A stretch of 62,592 nucleotides of DNA, filler included, from Deltaproteobacteria bacterium (GTDB taxonomy: Bacteria > JAGRBM01 > JAHCIT01), in the NCBI GenBank assembly GCA_026129095.1. It is 3 parts of 3 records of this genome, joined end to end, with 100 filler letters (N's around TTAATTAATTAA, not from the genome) between each part and the next. Parts side by side here need not be neighbours in the genome. Positions count along the whole stretch, not along the records: positions 30,583 to 59,408 come from JAHCIT010000018.1; 2 more parts are not named here. The stretch is one strand, 5' to 3'. The notes under the pieces were generated by a model. The model was given only the letters and a program-made list of their open reading frames with translations. It did no database searches and had not been told where the DNA came from. Of the stretch, positions 34,158 through 45,907 are shown in pieces. A program made the position numbers and the translations under genes. How positions within the stretch are numbered: position 1 is the stretch's first letter; each line of letters starts with the position of its first letter.

Positions 34158-37100
34158 TCAGCCAGCCGCCGCACGCCGCTGCTCGACGACGCGCCGGTAA
34201 TCATGCGGCATGACCTTGACGAACTTTCCGCGCAGGGAAGCCCAGTCGCGCAGAACCCGTGCAGCCACGTCGCTTCCGGTGTGCTTCTGGTGCTGTTCGA
34301 CCAGTTTTTTCACGGAAGCCTCGTCCTCGCCCGACTCGAACCCGGAGAGGCCCACCATTTCCTGGTTGCAGCGGCTTCCAAATGTCCCTGCCTCATCCAG
34401 CACCCAGGCGACTCCGCCTGACATGCCGGCCGCAAAGTTCCGGCCGGTCGAGCCCAGCACGACCACTTCCCCGCGCGTCATGTATTCGCAGCCGTGGTCG
34501 CCCACACCCTCGATGACGGCACTGACGCCGGAGTTACGCACGCAGAAACGCTCGCCGGCCACGCCCCGGAAATAGGCCTCGCCACCCGTGGCGCCATAGA
34601 GGGCCACGTTGCCGATGATGATGTTTTCCTCCGGCCTGAAGGTCGAGCCCTTGGGCGGGTAGACGATGATCCGTCCGCCAGACAGCCCCTTGCCGCAGTA
34701 GTCATTGGCATCGCCTTCCAGTTCCAGGGTAACGCCTTTGGGCACAAACGCGCCGAAACTCTGGCCGGCTGATCCCGTAAACCGGAAGTGGATGGTGCCG
34801 TCGGGGAGCCCCTTGTCATCGTATTTCTTGGTCAGCTCATGACCGAGCCAGGTGCCGGTGGCCCGGTCCACGTTGCGGATCGGAAGCTCATGACGGACCT
34901 TCTCGCCCCGCAAAATCGCCGGCTGGGCCAGCTCGATCAGTTTGTTGTCGAGCACCTTGTCGAGGCCGTGATCCTGCTTCTCGACGTTGAAACAGGGCGT
35001 GCCCTTGGGCGCTTTCGGCTGTGCAAGAATCCGGGAGAGATCAATCCCGCGGGCCTTCCAGTGGTCAATGGCCCCCTTCATCCGGAGCACATCCGAATGC
35101 CCGATCATCTCCTTCAGCGTACGGAAACCGAGCCGGGCCATGTGCTGGCGGACCTCCTCGGCAATGAACTCGAAGAAGTTCACCACATAGTCGGCATTCC
35201 CGTTGAACCGCGCACGAAGCACCGGATCCTGCGTCGCCACGCCAACCGGGCAGGTGTTCAGGTGGCACACCCGCATCATGATGCAGCCGGAAACGACAAG
35301 CGGAGCGGTCGCAAAGCCGAACTCCTCTGCTCCGAGCAGCGCCGCGATCACGACGTCCCTGCCCGTCTTCATCGAGCCGTCCGCCTGCACGAATACCCGG
35401 CCGCGAAGGCCCTGCTCGACCAGCACCTGCTGGGTTTCCGCAAGGCCGAGTTCCCACGGGGCACCAGCATGCTTGATCGATGTCAGTGGAGAGGCACCCG
35501 TGCCGCCGTCATGGCCGGAAATCAGGATGTGATCGGCATGCGCCTTGGCAACGCCGGCCGCCACTGTGCCCACGCCCACTTCGGCGACAAGCTTCACGCT
35601 GACGCGGGCGGAAGGGTTGGAGTTCTTCAGGTCGAAGATAAGCTGAGCCAGATCCTCGATCGAATAGATATCGTGGTGCGGCGGCGGGCTGATGAGCCCC
35701 ACACCGGGGGTGGAGCAGCGAACCCGTGCGATGACCTCATCAACCTTGTGGCCGGGGAGCTGGCCGCCCTCGCCGGGCTTGGCACCCTGGGCCATCTTGA
35801 TCTGGAGTTCTTCCGCATTGGTGAGATAGTACGAACTGACGCCAAAGCGGCCCGATGCGACCTGCTTGATGGCGCTCCGCCGCCAGTCGCCATTCGGATC
35901 GCGCTTGAACCTTGCGGGATCCTCGCCGCCTTCGCCCGTGTTCGACTTGCCGCCGATCCGGTTCATGGCAATGGCCAGCGTCTCGTGGGCTTCCTTGCTG
36001 ATCGAACCGAAGCTCATCGCTCCGGTGGCAAACCGTTTCATGATGTTCGCGGCCGGCTCGACCTCTTCGACCGGGACAGGCTTGCGGTCACTGGCGAACT
36101 CGAACAGGCCCCGGAGCGTGCAGAGATTACGTGCCTGTTCGTCCACGAACTTCGTATACTGCTGGAAGATGTCGAACCGTTTCTGGCGGGTTGAATGCTG
36201 CAGCCGCCAGACGGTTTCCGGATTGAACAGGTGGTATTCCCCGCCCCGGCGCCACTGGTATTCGCCGCCAAGGTCAAGGTCGGGCCGCGTACCGAGCCGG
36301 TCCGTAAAGGCACGGGCGTGCCGCCGCTCGGTTTCGCTGGCTATTTCCTTCAGTCCGGCACCGGAAATCCGGGTCGCCGTCCAGGTGAAATACTTGTCCA
36401 CGAACTCCTTTGAAAGTCCGATCGCCTCGAATATCTGCGCGCCCCGGTAGCTCTGGATCGTCGAGATGCCCATCTTGGACATCACCTTCACGATCCCCTT
36501 CTGGACCGCCTTGATGTAGTTCTTCACCGCCTTGTGGTGGTCGATGTTCCTGAGCTCACCCGTGCGGATCATGTCATCGAGCGTCTCGAACGCCAGATAC
36601 GGGTTGACCGCGCTCGCGCCGAAGCCCACCAGCAGGCAGAAGTGGTGGACTTCACGGGCTTCGCCCGTTTCGATCACCAGTCCGCAGCGGGTGCGCGTCT
36701 CTGCCCGGACCATGTGGTGATGGACGCCAGCGGTAGCCAGCAGTGCCGGAATCGGAACGAGATTTTCGTTCGCTCCACGGTCCGACAGGATGACGATGTT
36801 GTATCCGTCGGCAATGGCCTGCTCGGCGGCCGTGCACAGGTCGTCCAGCGCCTGATCGAGCCCCTTGCCGTCCGAACCCTTCGGGAACAGCATCGGCAGC
36901 GTCTTCGACCTGAACCCCTTTGAATCCAGGTGCTTGATCTGGGCCATCTGCTCGTTGTCGAGGATCGGTCCCTTGAGCCGGATCTGGTGGCAGCTTTCCG
37001 GTTCGGGGGCGAGCAGGTTCCGCTCGGCGCCGATATGCGTATAAACCGAGGTCACCAGTTCCTCGCGTATCGCATCCAGAGGCGGGTTCGTCACCTGCGC

Positions 37101-38678
37101 GAAGAGCTGCTTGAAGTAGTCGTACAGCATCCGCGGCCGGTTCGAGAGGACCGCCAGCGGCGTATCGGTACCCATGGAGCCGATTGCTTCCTCGCCCTTT
37201 TCGGCCATCGGCGCCAGCAGGATCTTGCGGTCTTCGTGCGTGTAGCCAAACAGGATATCGCGCTCGACGACGGTATCGTGATCGGGTTCCGGAACGCTGG
37301 GCGGCGGCGGAAGCTGGTCCAGCGTGTGAAGGTGCGTCTTCAGCCAGTCGCCATAGGGTTTCTGGCCGCTGATCTTTTCCTTGAGCTCCTCGTCGGCAAC
37401 GATCCGCCCCTCGTTCATGTCCACCAGGAACATGCGGCCCGGCTGGAGACGGCCCTTGATACGCACGTTCGACGGCTCGACGTCGTAGACTCCGACCTCG
37501 GAAGCCATGATAACGAGATCATCCCCGGTGACATAGTAGCGCGAGGGCCGGAGACCGTTCCGGTCCAGCACGGCTCCGATCATGTGCCCATCGGTGAACG
37601 CAATCGACGCCGGACCGTCCCACGGCTCCATGAGGCAGGCGTGGTAGGCGTAGAAGTCCTTCTTGGAGGCGGACATGGAGGTGTGCTGTTCCCAGGCTTC
37701 CGGGATCAGCATCATCACCGCGTGCGGCAGCGAGTAACCGCACATCACCAGGAACTCGAGCACGTTGTCGAGACAGGCCGAGTCGCTACCACCCGCCTGG
37801 ATCACCGGGAAAATATCCCGCATCTCCTGTTCGGTGTAATGGGCGCTCCGGCCCAGTGATTCACGGGCATGCATCCAGTTGATGTTGCCCCGGAGCGTGT
37901 TGATCTCGCCGTTATGGGCGAGCATCCGGAACGGGTGCGCCAGATCCCAGGACGGGAACGTGTTGGTGGAGAAACGGCTGTGAACCAGCGCAAGTGCCGT
38001 CACCATATCCGGGTCCAGAAGGTCCGGATAGTACTCATCCACCTGCTCGCTCGTGAGCATCCCCTTGTAGATGCATAGCCGCGCCGACAGGCTGGCGATG
38101 TAGAAATCCTTCTTGCCTTCAATTTCCGAAGCGGCGATGGCGTTCTCGATCCGGCGCCTGGCAAGATAAATCCGCCGCTCATAGGCAAGTTCGTCCGCAA
38201 GCCCTGCCGGACGGCTGACAAACACCTGTTCCATGACCGGTTCGGCCGCCTTGGCGGTCGGCCCGATAATCGAACCGTTCACCGGGATCTTCCGCCAGCC
38301 GAGAACCGCGAGGCCCGTCGCTTCGATCTTCTGGTTCACCAGCCGGCGGCAGGCCTCGGCTGATGCCCGGGGCATCGACACCATGCCGACAGCGTATTGT
38401 CCCGCCTCAGGGAGCCTGACCGGAGTTCCCTTGAGCACCTTGGCAAAAAACGCGTGAGGCACCTGGAGGAGTACGCCAGCCCCATCGCCGGTGTTTACTT
38501 CGCAACCGCAGGCGCCACGATGGGCGAGCCGCTTCAGGACCAGCAGCGCATCCTTCAGGATCGCATGCGACTTCTTTCCCTTGAGATGTGCAATAAAGCC
38601 GACGCCGCAGCCGTCGCTCTCAAACGCCTGGCTGTGAAGGCCCTCGCCCGCAAACTCGTTCGGGGAAAAGTTCCGCAT
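34158..38678 (-). CDS. gltB: Glutamate synthase large subunit
   Basis: CGVGF N-terminal nucleophile; [31 protein letters not shown]. Confidence 0.97.
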   Translation of the reverse strand: MRNFSPNEFAGEGLHSQAFESDGCGVGFIAHLKGKKSHAILKDALLVLKRLAHRGACGCEVNTGDGAGVLLQVPHAFFAKVLKGTPVRLPEAGQYAVGMVSMPRASAEACRRLVNQKIEATGLAVLGWRKIPVNGSIIGPTAKAAEPVMEQVFVSRPAGLADELAYERRIYLARRRIENAIAASEIEGKKDFYIASLSARLCIYKGMLTSEQVDEYYPDLLDPDMVTALALVHSRFSTNTFPSWDLAHPFRMLAHNGEINTLRGNINWMHARESLGRSAHYTEQEMRDIFPVIQAGGSDSACLDNVLEFLVMCGYSLPHAVMMLIPEAWEQHTSMSASKKDFYAYHACLMEPWDGPASIAFTDGHMIGAVLDRNGLRPSRYYVTGDDLVIMASEVGVYDVEPSNVRIKGRLQPGRMFLVDMNEGRIVADEELKEKISGQKPYGDWLKTHLHTLDQLPPPPSVPEPDHDTVVERDILFGYTHEDRKILLAPMAEKGEEAIGSMGTDTPLAVLSNRPRMLYDYFKQLFAQVTNPPLDAIREELVTSVYTHIGAERNLLAPEPESCHQIRLKGPILDNEQMAQIKHLDSKGFRSKTLPMLFPKGSDGKGLDQALDDLCTAAEQAIADGYNIVILSDRGANENLVPIPALLATAGVHHHMVRAETRTRCGLVIETGEAREVHHFCLLVGFGASAVNPYLAFETLDDMIRTGELRNIDHHKAVKNYIKAVQKGIVKVMSKMGISTIQSYRGAQIFEAIGLSKEFVDKYFTWTATRISGAGLKEIASETERRHARAFTDRLGTRPDLDLGGEYQWRRGGEYHLFNPETVWRLQHSTRQKRFDIFQQYTKFVDEQARNLCTLRGLFEFASDRKPVPVEEVEPAANIMKRFATGAMSFGSISKEAHETLAIAMNRIGGKSNTGEGGEDPARFKRDPNGDWRRSAIKQVASGRFGVSSYYLTNAEELQIKMAQGAKPGEGGQLPGHKVDEVIARVRCSTPGVGLISPPPHHDIYSIEDLAQLIFDLKNSNPSARVSVKLVAEVGVGTVAAGVAKAHADHILISGHDGGTGASPLTSIKHAGAPWELGLAETQQVLVEQGLRGRVFVQADGSMKTGRDVVIAALLGAEEFGFATAPLVVSGCIMMRVCHLNTCPVGVATQDPVLRARFNGNADYVVNFFEFIAEEVRQHMARLGFRTLKEMIGHSDVLRMKGAIDHWKARGIDLSRILAQPKAPKGTPCFNVEKQDHGLDKVLDNKLIELAQPAILRGEKVRHELPIRNVDRATGTWLGHELTKKYDDKGLPDGTIHFRFTGSAGQSFGAFVPKGVTLELEGDANDYCGKGLSGGRIIVYPPKGSTFRPEENIIIGNVALYGATGGEAYFRGVAGERFCVRNSGVSAVIEGVGDHGCEYMTRGEVVVLGSTGRNFAAGMSGGVAWVLDEAGTFGSRCNQEMVGLSGFESGEDEASVKKLVEQHQKHTGSDVAARVLRDWASLRGKFVKVMPHDYRRVVEQRRAAAG

Positions 38679-38732
38679 GATCTTCCTGCACTACTCCTGC
38701 CGGCTCCCGGTGCTACATAAGCATCCGGGTCC

Positions 38733-38745
38733 GTATACTGTATAC
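38733..38745. promoter_or_regulatory. GTATAC-T-GTATAC palindrome upstream of gltB (GntR-like operator candidate)
   Basis: Symmetric 13-mer about 55 bp upstream of the gltB start. Confidence 0.3.
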
Positions 38746-39075
38746 ACCCCTGCAGGGGGCACTTTCGCTGCCGGTGCGCCTCGGGTGCCGCACCACAACT
38801 GCGCCGGAACCGTTTCGGAATCTTCCGGCCGGTCAGATAACGACGGCCGGACTCCCACCCGGATTCACAGTCTACCGCAATGACGCGCCGCGTGCCAAGA
38901 CCGGTCAACTCCCCCAAGGGCAGCCCCAGATGCGGTTTCGCCCCCAGCCAAGGTGTCCTTATGGCGCGCCGACCGGTCAGGACCGGCAAACCTAGCCGAG
39001 CGGCGGGGAAGTTCAAGGGGGCGCCGGGATAATGGGGAAAAAGGGTACCGCAGCCAGAAAACAGCGGCCCGGTAT

Positions 39076-39846
39076 TTACCGGCGGCTGCCATCCTTGAGT
39101 TGCTCCGCTGTCTTTCCAAACCGCCGCTCCCGCGAGGAGTAGCTACGGAACGCTTCCAGAAGGTGGCGTTTCCGGAAATCAGGCCAGAATATCTTTGAAA
39201 AATATATCTCCGCATAGGCGAGCTGCCAGAGAAGAAAGTTGGAAATACGCATCTCGCCGCTGGTGCGTATAAGAAGATCCGGGTCGGGCATATCCGCGGT
39301 ATAAAGCTGGGCAGCGACCATTCGGTCATCAATTTCATCCGGCTGGATGACACCTGACTGCACTTTTCTGGCAATCACCTGTATGCCGCGCACCAGTTCC
39401 GCCCGCGATCCGTACGAAACCGCCAGCGTCAGTACCATGCCCTTGCACTGGGCCGTGGCGGCCATCACCGACTGTAGGTGGTCGCGGACTCCGCGAGGGA
39501 GCATTTCGATCTCGCCGATGGCGTTGAGACGTATCCCCTGTTCGATCAGCTCCCGTTCCTCGATCAGGAGATATTCGTCCAGCATGTGCATCAGGGCCGA
39601 CACTTCGGGCCGCGGACGGTTCCAGTTTTCGGTCGAGAACGCGTACAGCGTGAGGTACCTGACGCCGAGCTGCGCGCACGACTGCACGGCAGCACGAACG
39701 GCTTTCACCCCTTCGCGGTGGCCGAGCACACGGGGCAGGCCCCGCGCCTGCGCCCAGCGTCCGTTACCATCCATGATGATGGCCACATGCCGCGGGATAC
39801 GGATCTCTCCGGAAACCGCCGGCTTCTTTCGCTTGACTGCGCTCAT
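39076..39846 (-). CDS. uppS: Undecaprenyl diphosphate synthase
   Basis: HVAIIMDGNGRWA; YAFSTENW; RTSGEMRISNFLLWQ. Confidence 0.95.
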   Translation of the reverse strand: MSAVKRKKPAVSGEIRIPRHVAIIMDGNGRWAQARGLPRVLGHREGVKAVRAAVQSCAQLGVRYLTLYAFSTENWNRPRPEVSALMHMLDEYLLIEERELIEQGIRLNAIGEIEMLPRGVRDHLQSVMAATAQCKGMVLTLAVSYGSRAELVRGIQVIARKVQSGVIQPDEIDDRMVAAQLYTADMPDPDLLIRTSGEMRISNFLLWQLAYAEIYFSKIFWPDFRKRHLLEAFRSYSSRERRFGKTAEQLKDGSRR

Positions 39847-39911
39847 CTGGAACCCGGTTCTTTCAGGGTCATCTTCCGCACAACTGCGGATAAAAAACAA
39901 AAGGAACCGTA

Positions 39912-40469
39912 TTAACCGAGGATTTCGGTTTCCTTGTTCTTGAGCGCCAGATCGACCTTCTTTGTGGCGTCGTCAACAATTCCCTGCACCCGGCCTGCGG
40001 CCTTCTTGCTGTCGTCCTGCGAGATTTCCTTGTTTTTTTCCATCGCCTTGAGGGTGTCATTGGCCTTCTGCCGGGCGTGCCGGATGGAAACCTTGGCATT
40101 TTCAGTCATCTGCTTGGCCAGCTTCGACAGTTCCTTGCGCCGGTCCTGTGTCAGCTCCGGCAGGGTAATGCGGATCAGCTTGCCGTCATTGGTCGGGGTA
40201 ATGCCGAGATCACTGGTAAGGATGCCCTTTTCGATAGCGGCCCCCTGCGACGGATCGAACGGGCTGATACCGATTGTCCGCGCATCCTGCACTGTCACTG
40301 TAGCCATCGACTTCAGCGGCATCTGCTGTCCGTAGGCCTCGATCTTGAGATTGTCCACCAGGGACGGATGTGCACGTCCCGTGCGGAGCCCGGCGAAGTC
40401 GCGCCCAAGGGCCTCGATCGCGTGGCTCACCGCGGAGTTGAGTTCGCTGAAAATCTTGTCCTGGCTCAT
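39912..40469 (-). CDS. frr: Ribosome recycling factor
   Basis: LRTGRA; PTNDGKLIR; LTQDRRKEL; 185 aa; synteny. Confidence 0.95.
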   Translation of the reverse strand: MSQDKIFSELNSAVSHAIEALGRDFAGLRTGRAHPSLVDNLKIEAYGQQMPLKSMATVTVQDARTIGISPFDPSQGAAIEKGILTSDLGITPTNDGKLIRITLPELTQDRRKELSKLAKQMTENAKVSIRHARQKANDTLKAMEKNKEISQDDSKKAAGRVQGIVDDATKKVDLALKNKETEILG

Positions 40470-40512
40470 GGCTTGTGTCCGCTCCCTAAGGCTGGATCAG
40501 GCTCGCGGGCGG

Positions 40513-41226
40513 CTATTCGACCCGTGAACCCACCTTTTCGCCCATGATCACTTTCCGGATGTTTCCGGACTTGTGCAGATCGAATACCACGATCGGAAGT
40601 TTGGTGTCCATTGCCATCGCAAAGGCCGTGGCGTCCATGACCTTGAGGTCACGCGTCAGCGCCTCGCGGTAGCCGATCGTGTCGAAACGGACCGCCTTGG
40701 GATTCTTGACCGGATCGGAATCGTAGATCCCGTCCACCTTCGTGGCCTTGAGGATCACCTCGGCCCCGATCTCGTTGGCCCGGAGCGCTGCGGTGGTGTC
40801 GGTCGTGAAATAGGGATTGCCCGTGCCCGCGGCGAAGATCACCACCCGGCCCTTCTCCAGATGCCGGATCGCCCGGCGGCGGATGTAGGGTTCGGCGACG
40901 GCCTCCATGCGGATGGCGGACAGCACACGGGTCGGCACTCCGGCACGCTCCAGCGAATCCTGGAGCGCGAGCGCGTTGATGACCGTCGCCATCATCCCCA
41001 TGTAGTCGGCCGTGGAGCGGTCCATCCCCTTCGAACTGCCCGCCAGCCCCCGGAAGATATTTCCGCCGCCGATGACGATGGAGAGCGACACCTTCATTGC
41101 CACGATGTCGGCGATTTCCTGCGAGATGCGCTCCAGTGTGCCGGGGTCGATTCCGTACTGGCTGTCGCCCTGGAGGGCCTCGCCCGAGAGCTTGAGAAGA
41201 ACCCGCTGGTATGCCGGTTTGGACAT
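40513..41226 (-). CDS. pyrH: UMP kinase
   Basis: [28 protein letters not shown]. Confidence 0.96.
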   Translation of the reverse strand: MSKPAYQRVLLKLSGEALQGDSQYGIDPGTLERISQEIADIVAMKVSLSIVIGGGNIFRGLAGSSKGMDRSTADYMGMMATVINALALQDSLERAGVPTRVLSAIRMEAVAEPYIRRRAIRHLEKGRVVIFAAGTGNPYFTTDTTAALRANEIGAEVILKATKVDGIYDSDPVKNPKAVRFDTIGYREALTRDLKVMDATAFAMAMDTKLPIVVFDLHKSGNIRKVIMGEKVGSRVE

Positions 41227-41313
41227 AGGGAGAATGCGGAATCCTGCGGTCCCGCGTGCTCGCCTTTGGACCACATCCGGAGGCCGGGTGTCAAGGGTAT
41301 TGGAAACCGCAAG

Positions 41314-41344
41314 GGAAAGGCCCGCCTTAGGGGCGGGCCTTTCC
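41314..41344 (-). terminator. Intrinsic terminator after tsf
   Basis: 13-bp inverted repeat GGAAAGGCCCGCC/GGCGGGCCTTTCC just after the tsf stop. Confidence 0.7.
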
Positions 41345-41364
41345 TTCCTGACGGGCCGGTCCGG

Positions 41365-42054
41365 TCAGTTCTTCTGGCTGGCGGCGACCTGGGCGGCCAC
41401 TTCCTCGGCCAGGTTGGATACCTTCTTTTCGAGCCCCTCGCCGAGCTGGAACCGGGAGAACCGCCGGATGACGATATTTTCCCCGATCTTGGCAACCTTC
41501 TCGGCCAGGATGTCCTTGATCTTCTTGTCCTTGCCGTAGACATCGGCCTTCACGTGGGCCTGCTCCAGCAGGACGACTTCGGTCAGGTGCTTGGCGACCT
41601 TGCCCTTGACGATCTCCTCCAGCACATTCGCCGGCTTCTTGGAGTTCTTGGGGTCTTCCTTGAGCTGGGCGATGAAGATCTCCTTCTGCTTGGCGATGTA
41701 GACGGGATCAATCTCCTCCTCGCGGACGCACATGGGGCTCATGGCGGCGATGTGCATCGCGAGATCGCGGCAGAACGTCTGGAACTCCTCGGTCTTGGCC
41801 ACGAAGTCGGTTTCGCAGTTCACCTCGATCAGCACGCCGATCTTCCCGCCCATGTGGATATAGGAAGCCACGGCGCCCTCGCTGGCGGTACGTCCGGCCT
41901 TCTTCGCGGCGGCAGCAAGGCCCTTCTTCTTCAGGAGCTCGACCGCCTTTTCCATGTCGCCGCCGGCCTCGGTCAGCACGTTCTTGCAGTCGAGCATCCC
42001 GGCGCCGGTGCGCTCCCGCAGTTCCTTCACATCGCTAGCCTTGATCTCTGCCAT
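41365..42054 (-). CDS. tsf: Elongation factor Ts (short form)
   Basis: VKELRERTGAGMLDCK; EVNCETDFVAK; IGENI. Confidence 0.96.
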   Translation of the reverse strand: MAEIKASDVKELRERTGAGMLDCKNVLTEAGGDMEKAVELLKKKGLAAAAKKAGRTASEGAVASYIHMGGKIGVLIEVNCETDFVAKTEEFQTFCRDLAMHIAAMSPMCVREEEIDPVYIAKQKEIFIAQLKEDPKNSKKPANVLEEIVKGKVAKHLTEVVLLEQAHVKADVYGKDKKIKDILAEKVAKIGENIVIRRFSRFQLGEGLEKKVSNLAEEVAAQVAASQKN

Positions 42055-42141
42055 GAATGGTTCCTTCCAGAATTACAGATGGTTTCAGGCGGCTGTGCGC
42101 CTGATACTTCGTTACGGAGTTGCCGCTGGCCGGCTGCCGCG

Positions 42142-43002
42142 TCAGGTGGTTGCCGGAGGTGTCTCGCCGGCCGCGGCTTCCTTCGCCAGCTTCTCGGCGG
42201 CCAGTTCCTCGTCCAGATCGGCCTTGTCATAGGACGAGTAGTGGGTAAGCCCCTCGGGCACCGGGGTGCCGAGATCATCGTCGGTGATCGATTCGTCGCC
42301 AGAGCGGCGGCGGTCATCGAACGCCTTGCGGCCCTCAAGGCACGCATCGGCGATCTTGGAGGCAAAGAGGGCGATCGCCCGGATGGCATCATCATTTCCC
42401 GGAATCACCTTCTCGATGGGATCCGGATCGCAGTTGCTGTCCACCACGGCGATCACCGGAATGCCGATGCGTGCCGCTTCCTTCACCGCGATGGCTTCCT
42501 TGTTCGTGTCGATGACGAACAGGGCCTTCGGCAGCCGGGTCATGTTGCGGATGCCGCCCAGGTTCTCGCGCAGCTTCTCCATTTCGCGTCCGAGCACGAT
42601 GCCTTCCTTCTTGGTCAGCTTCGTGACGGTGCCGTCCTCGAACATCTTCTCGATCTCGTTCAGGCGGGAGATGGAGCTTGCGATCGTCTGGAAGTTCGTG
42701 AGCGTGCCGCCCAGCCACCGGTTGTTCACGTAGAACATCCCGGCGCGTTCGGATTCCTGCTTGACCACCTCGGCGGCCTGCTTCTTGGTGCCGACGAACA
42801 GGATCGTTCCGCCCCGCGAGGTCAGGTTGACGATGTAGTTGTAGGCGTCGTCGAACATCGCGACCGTCTGCTGGAGGTCGATGATATGGATGCCGTTCCG
42901 GGCGCCATAGATGTACTTGCGCATCTTCGGGTTCCACCGGCGCGTCTGGTGGCCAAAGTGGACGCCTGCCTCAAGAAGCTGCTTCATCTGGATTGCGGAC
43001 AT
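42142..43002 (-). CDS. rpsB: 30S ribosomal protein S2
   Basis: [29 protein letters not shown]. Confidence 0.97.
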   Translation of the reverse strand: MSAIQMKQLLEAGVHFGHQTRRWNPKMRKYIYGARNGIHIIDLQQTVAMFDDAYNYIVNLTSRGGTILFVGTKKQAAEVVKQESERAGMFYVNNRWLGGTLTNFQTIASSISRLNEIEKMFEDGTVTKLTKKEGIVLGREMEKLRENLGGIRNMTRLPKALFVIDTNKEAIAVKEAARIGIPVIAVVDSNCDPDPIEKVIPGNDDAIRAIALFASKIADACLEGRKAFDDRRRSGDESITDDDLGTPVPEGLTHYSSYDKADLDEELAAEKLAKEAAAGETPPATT

Positions 43003-43077
43003 GGGATACGTACCCCTTTCAGTGGGCCGCCGGACTGGTGGCTTCCGTAAATATCCGGAAGCCCGCCGGCGTTTGGT

Positions 43078-43231
43078 TTGGGTTATGCCTCCGCTTCCTT
43101 TGCTGCCTGAACGATGGCTGTTCGCGGTTATCCCCCACCTTATTCGGTGGAAAACACCCGCCGCGGACAACCCGGCCGGAAATGCCTGAAAAGGGGCACT
43201 AGAGGGGTCCAGACGGCCGGAAACGTGTGTA
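43078..43231 (-). promoter_or_regulatory. rpsB (S2) autoregulatory leader RNA
   Basis: ACACACGUUUCC...GGGUGU...GGAAGCGGAGGCAUAACCC resembles the conserved S2 leader; CGUUUCC pairs with GGAAGCG. Confidence 0.65.
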
Positions 43232-43335
43232 TTTGCCTGGCGTTGGATGCCCTTTGCACGAAAGGGAATCCGCCACCGGACGGCCCCCGCTTAACTGGCC
43301 CGTCCGGGGAAGGCAAGCGACGGGGCAGAAGGTGC

Positions 43336-44463
43336 CTACCGGATGCTCATCAGGGGCTGGCGAACGATCGCCGAAAGGCGGGCGGCGTCCTCGATGGTCA
43401 TGAGCGAGCCGAACTCGACGGCGGTCCGGGTCGGGATGCTGTACATGAGGTACCGGGGCCTGGCGTCGGCCACCGTGACGGCGAAAATCCGCTTCCCGTC
43501 CGGGGCGAACTGGACCTGATAGGGCCGGATCCCGGTATGGAGCAGCAGGTTGGGCCTTGGCCCCACGGCCAGTTCCAGCGGCGCCCGCGTCTGGGCCGAG
43601 GCGATAAGCAGCGCTAGGGTGCCATCGGGAGCGATGTCGAACACCGGGCCGACCTTCTCCGCCAGTATGCTCTGCTCCGGCTCCCTTGGCGTCCGCTCGC
43701 CATCGAGCCTGTACATGACGAGCCGGTAGTCGGCGCGGCTACCTTCCTTCATGGGTTCAAGACCGTACAGGTTTCCTGCATGAATCCGGGGCTCGGTCAG
43801 GTTCCGGAATGAATAACTGCGCTGCTGGATCTCCGCGTCACCCGGCGCGGCCGTCAGGTCGAGTTTCCTCGTCTGGATGAGCAGCACACGCCCCTCGGTG
43901 AGCGAGACGACGATCCAGTCGCCGGTCCAGGCAACCCGGCGGATGCGCCGTTCGTTGTCCTGCGCGAGCAGCACGGTACTCCGCTTGCGGACATCGCTCA
44001 CGAACAGGCCAGCGAGCCCGGCATTCACCGACGTATAGACGACCTGATCGCCGGACGGACTGAATGCCGCCACGACCGGATACTGGGCGGCGGTTTCCGC
44101 CGTCAGCTGGGCGATCGGGATTGGCGAGTCGGGGGACTTCCGTTCGTACACGACCAGTTGCTGCACCGAGGTGATCGGCACCGCCCGGACGACGGCGTAA
44201 CGGTCCCCCGACGGCGACCAGACGGGGTTGAACGACAGCGAGGCCACCTGCCGGAGCGCCATCGCCTGCATGTCCAGCTCGGCCACGTAGACATCCGTGT
44301 CCTGGTAGAGCGTGAACAGCGGGCCCTGCGGAAACACCGCCTTTGCCTTTTCGGATGGCGAGCCGGAGCCGTCCAGCCTCGTGGTCTGCCTCGCACAGGC
44401 ACCCGCAAGCAGAAGCCCCGCCACCACTGCCGCCATCCATGTCCGTTGATGCACTGGTTTCAT
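43336..44463 (-). CDS. TolB/PD40-like beta-propeller lipoprotein
   Basis: GGGGGAG RBS; lipobox-like LAGAC; repeated WSPSG/FSPSG/IAPDG/FAPDG. Confidence 0.7.
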   Translation of the reverse strand: MKPVHQRTWMAAVVAGLLLAGACARQTTRLDGSGSPSEKAKAVFPQGPLFTLYQDTDVYVAELDMQAMALRQVASLSFNPVWSPSGDRYAVVRAVPITSVQQLVVYERKSPDSPIPIAQLTAETAAQYPVVAAFSPSGDQVVYTSVNAGLAGLFVSDVRKRSTVLLAQDNERRIRRVAWTGDWIVVSLTEGRVLLIQTRKLDLTAAPGDAEIQQRSYSFRNLTEPRIHAGNLYGLEPMKEGSRADYRLVMYRLDGERTPREPEQSILAEKVGPVFDIAPDGTLALLIASAQTRAPLELAVGPRPNLLLHTGIRPYQVQFAPDGKRIFAVTVADARPRYLMYSIPTRTAVEFGSLMTIEDAARLSAIVRQPLMSIR

Positions 44464-44534
44464 ATCTCCCCCATATAGACGACCGCCGGCCTCCAAGTGA
44501 ACGAGAGGGATGTCTTGCTCAAGGTGAAAAGACG

Positions 44535-45521
44535 TCAATAATCTTCGACGCTTCCAGACGGTTCAGCCGGTCCAGACAGGAAACCCGCCAGCCGGCTGGC
44601 CAGTTCGCGGGTGCCAAGCGGTGAAAGGTGCACGTCATCCAGAAAGCTCCCGGCAGGGAACGGGGGAGTGTCCGTCCGCCAGACGGTCAGGTTCCGTGCC
44701 GCGAGCGCCGGCGCCAGAAGGTCATGCCCGCCCGCTTCCGCAAAGGCGCCGATCCAGCCGTTGCGGCCTTCCGCCCCCGGCTTCCAGGGGGCCAGCGCCA
44801 CGGCAAGGCTGCCCGGAGCCGGCAGCGCCGCACGGAGTTTTTCCATCTCGCCGGCCACCCACTGCACGGCCTTTTCCGGACCGGTGATCCGGTGCTCCCA
44901 GCGGTGCTGCTCCGTCCCCGGAAGCAGCCGCACCCTCATTACATGCGCGTAGTGGCGCATCAGGACCGCAAACTCGCGGAGCCGCAGCGGGCTGTGACGC
45001 TCGCGGGTGTCGATCCAGAACGCGGGGGGCGGGAGCGGGTCGGACGCCTCGGTCACGTCGTTCACGGTGAGCACGATGGCCCAGCGCGGGACGGAAAGAT
45101 CCTTCATTACCCGCTGGACCAGAAGCCGTGGCTCGCGGGCGCCGTATCCTGGCACCCCGGCATTGAGGACCGGGTACCCGGTGAGCCGGGCCAGTTCGGC
45201 CGGTACCGTCTGCTCCACGCGCAGGTTGAAACCGAACACGACCGAATCGCCCAGCAGTACGAGGCCGGGATTTTCCGGCAGGTCGCCCCGCAGGCCGAGG
45301 CGGTTCGTCTCGCCCCCGCCCATGAAACGGATCTCCGGCCGCATCCGGTAGAAACCGTCCGGTCCGGTCTCGTAGAGCGCCACCCCCTCGAAACCCATGA
45401 GGTGAAGCCCCGCCTCCATCGCCACCAGCCAGACGGCGAAGAACACGGCCACCGCCAGCATCAGGCGGGTGCGGCGGGCAGCTGGCGATGGAACCGGCGG
45501 TGAACTCTTTTCTTCAGCCAT
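44535..45521 (-). CDS. Membrane-anchored SGNH/GDSL hydrolase
   Basis: N-terminal TM; LLGDSVVFG; NAGVPGYG; VND; DDVHL. Confidence 0.8.
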   Translation of the reverse strand: MAEEKSSPPVPSPAARRTRLMLAVAVFFAVWLVAMEAGLHLMGFEGVALYETGPDGFYRMRPEIRFMGGGETNRLGLRGDLPENPGLVLLGDSVVFGFNLRVEQTVPAELARLTGYPVLNAGVPGYGAREPRLLVQRVMKDLSVPRWAIVLTVNDVTEASDPLPPPAFWIDTRERHSPLRLREFAVLMRHYAHVMRVRLLPGTEQHRWEHRITGPEKAVQWVAGEMEKLRAALPAPGSLAVALAPWKPGAEGRNGWIGAFAEAGGHDLLAPALAARNLTVWRTDTPPFPAGSFLDDVHLSPLGTRELASRLAGFLSGPAEPSGSVEDY

Positions 45522-45755
45522 CGGGAGCCAACGATAGCAGGGATGGAAAGTCCCTGCCCGGTCCCTCACCGGTCGGTTCAGGCCTCCGTGCTATAATGGG
45601 CGGCGGACAGGGGACGGCACACCCCATCTGAACGGAAAACCGGCCCCGCCTCAAAGGGACTTAAATGTTCCGTAATTTGCTTCTATTTCAGGAAACTATG
45701 GTCTTGGGAAACCGGCCGCCGTCTTGGGTTGCACCCGGCTGGCGAACCGGGCTGC

Positions 45756-45907
45756 CGCCACGGCTCACCACGGCTCGCCACACCTCAACACGGGTCAGGA
45801 CGGCAGAAGGTGATGGAGATCACGCAAAAATAGCAAGTAAAAACAGCTATTTATAGCCACCACGCTTCACCACGGCTCACCACGCCTCGATTGATGTGAG
45901 GTGTGGC
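45756..45907. repeat. Two clusters of tandem 10-bp repeats (CACCACGGCT-like) flanking an AT-rich core
   Basis: 4 units at 45756-45795, 3 units at 45858-45887, one inverted unit at 45898-45907. Confidence 0.75.

Noticed and set aside
40573-43050. 825-aa + strand ORF
   Set aside because: Antisense shadow of rpsB-tsf-pyrH
45612-45660. Cyclic-dinucleotide (GEMM-I) riboswitch suggested by GGCACAC
   Set aside because: The GNRA/receptor and second-stem elements could not be found, and no gene lies downstream
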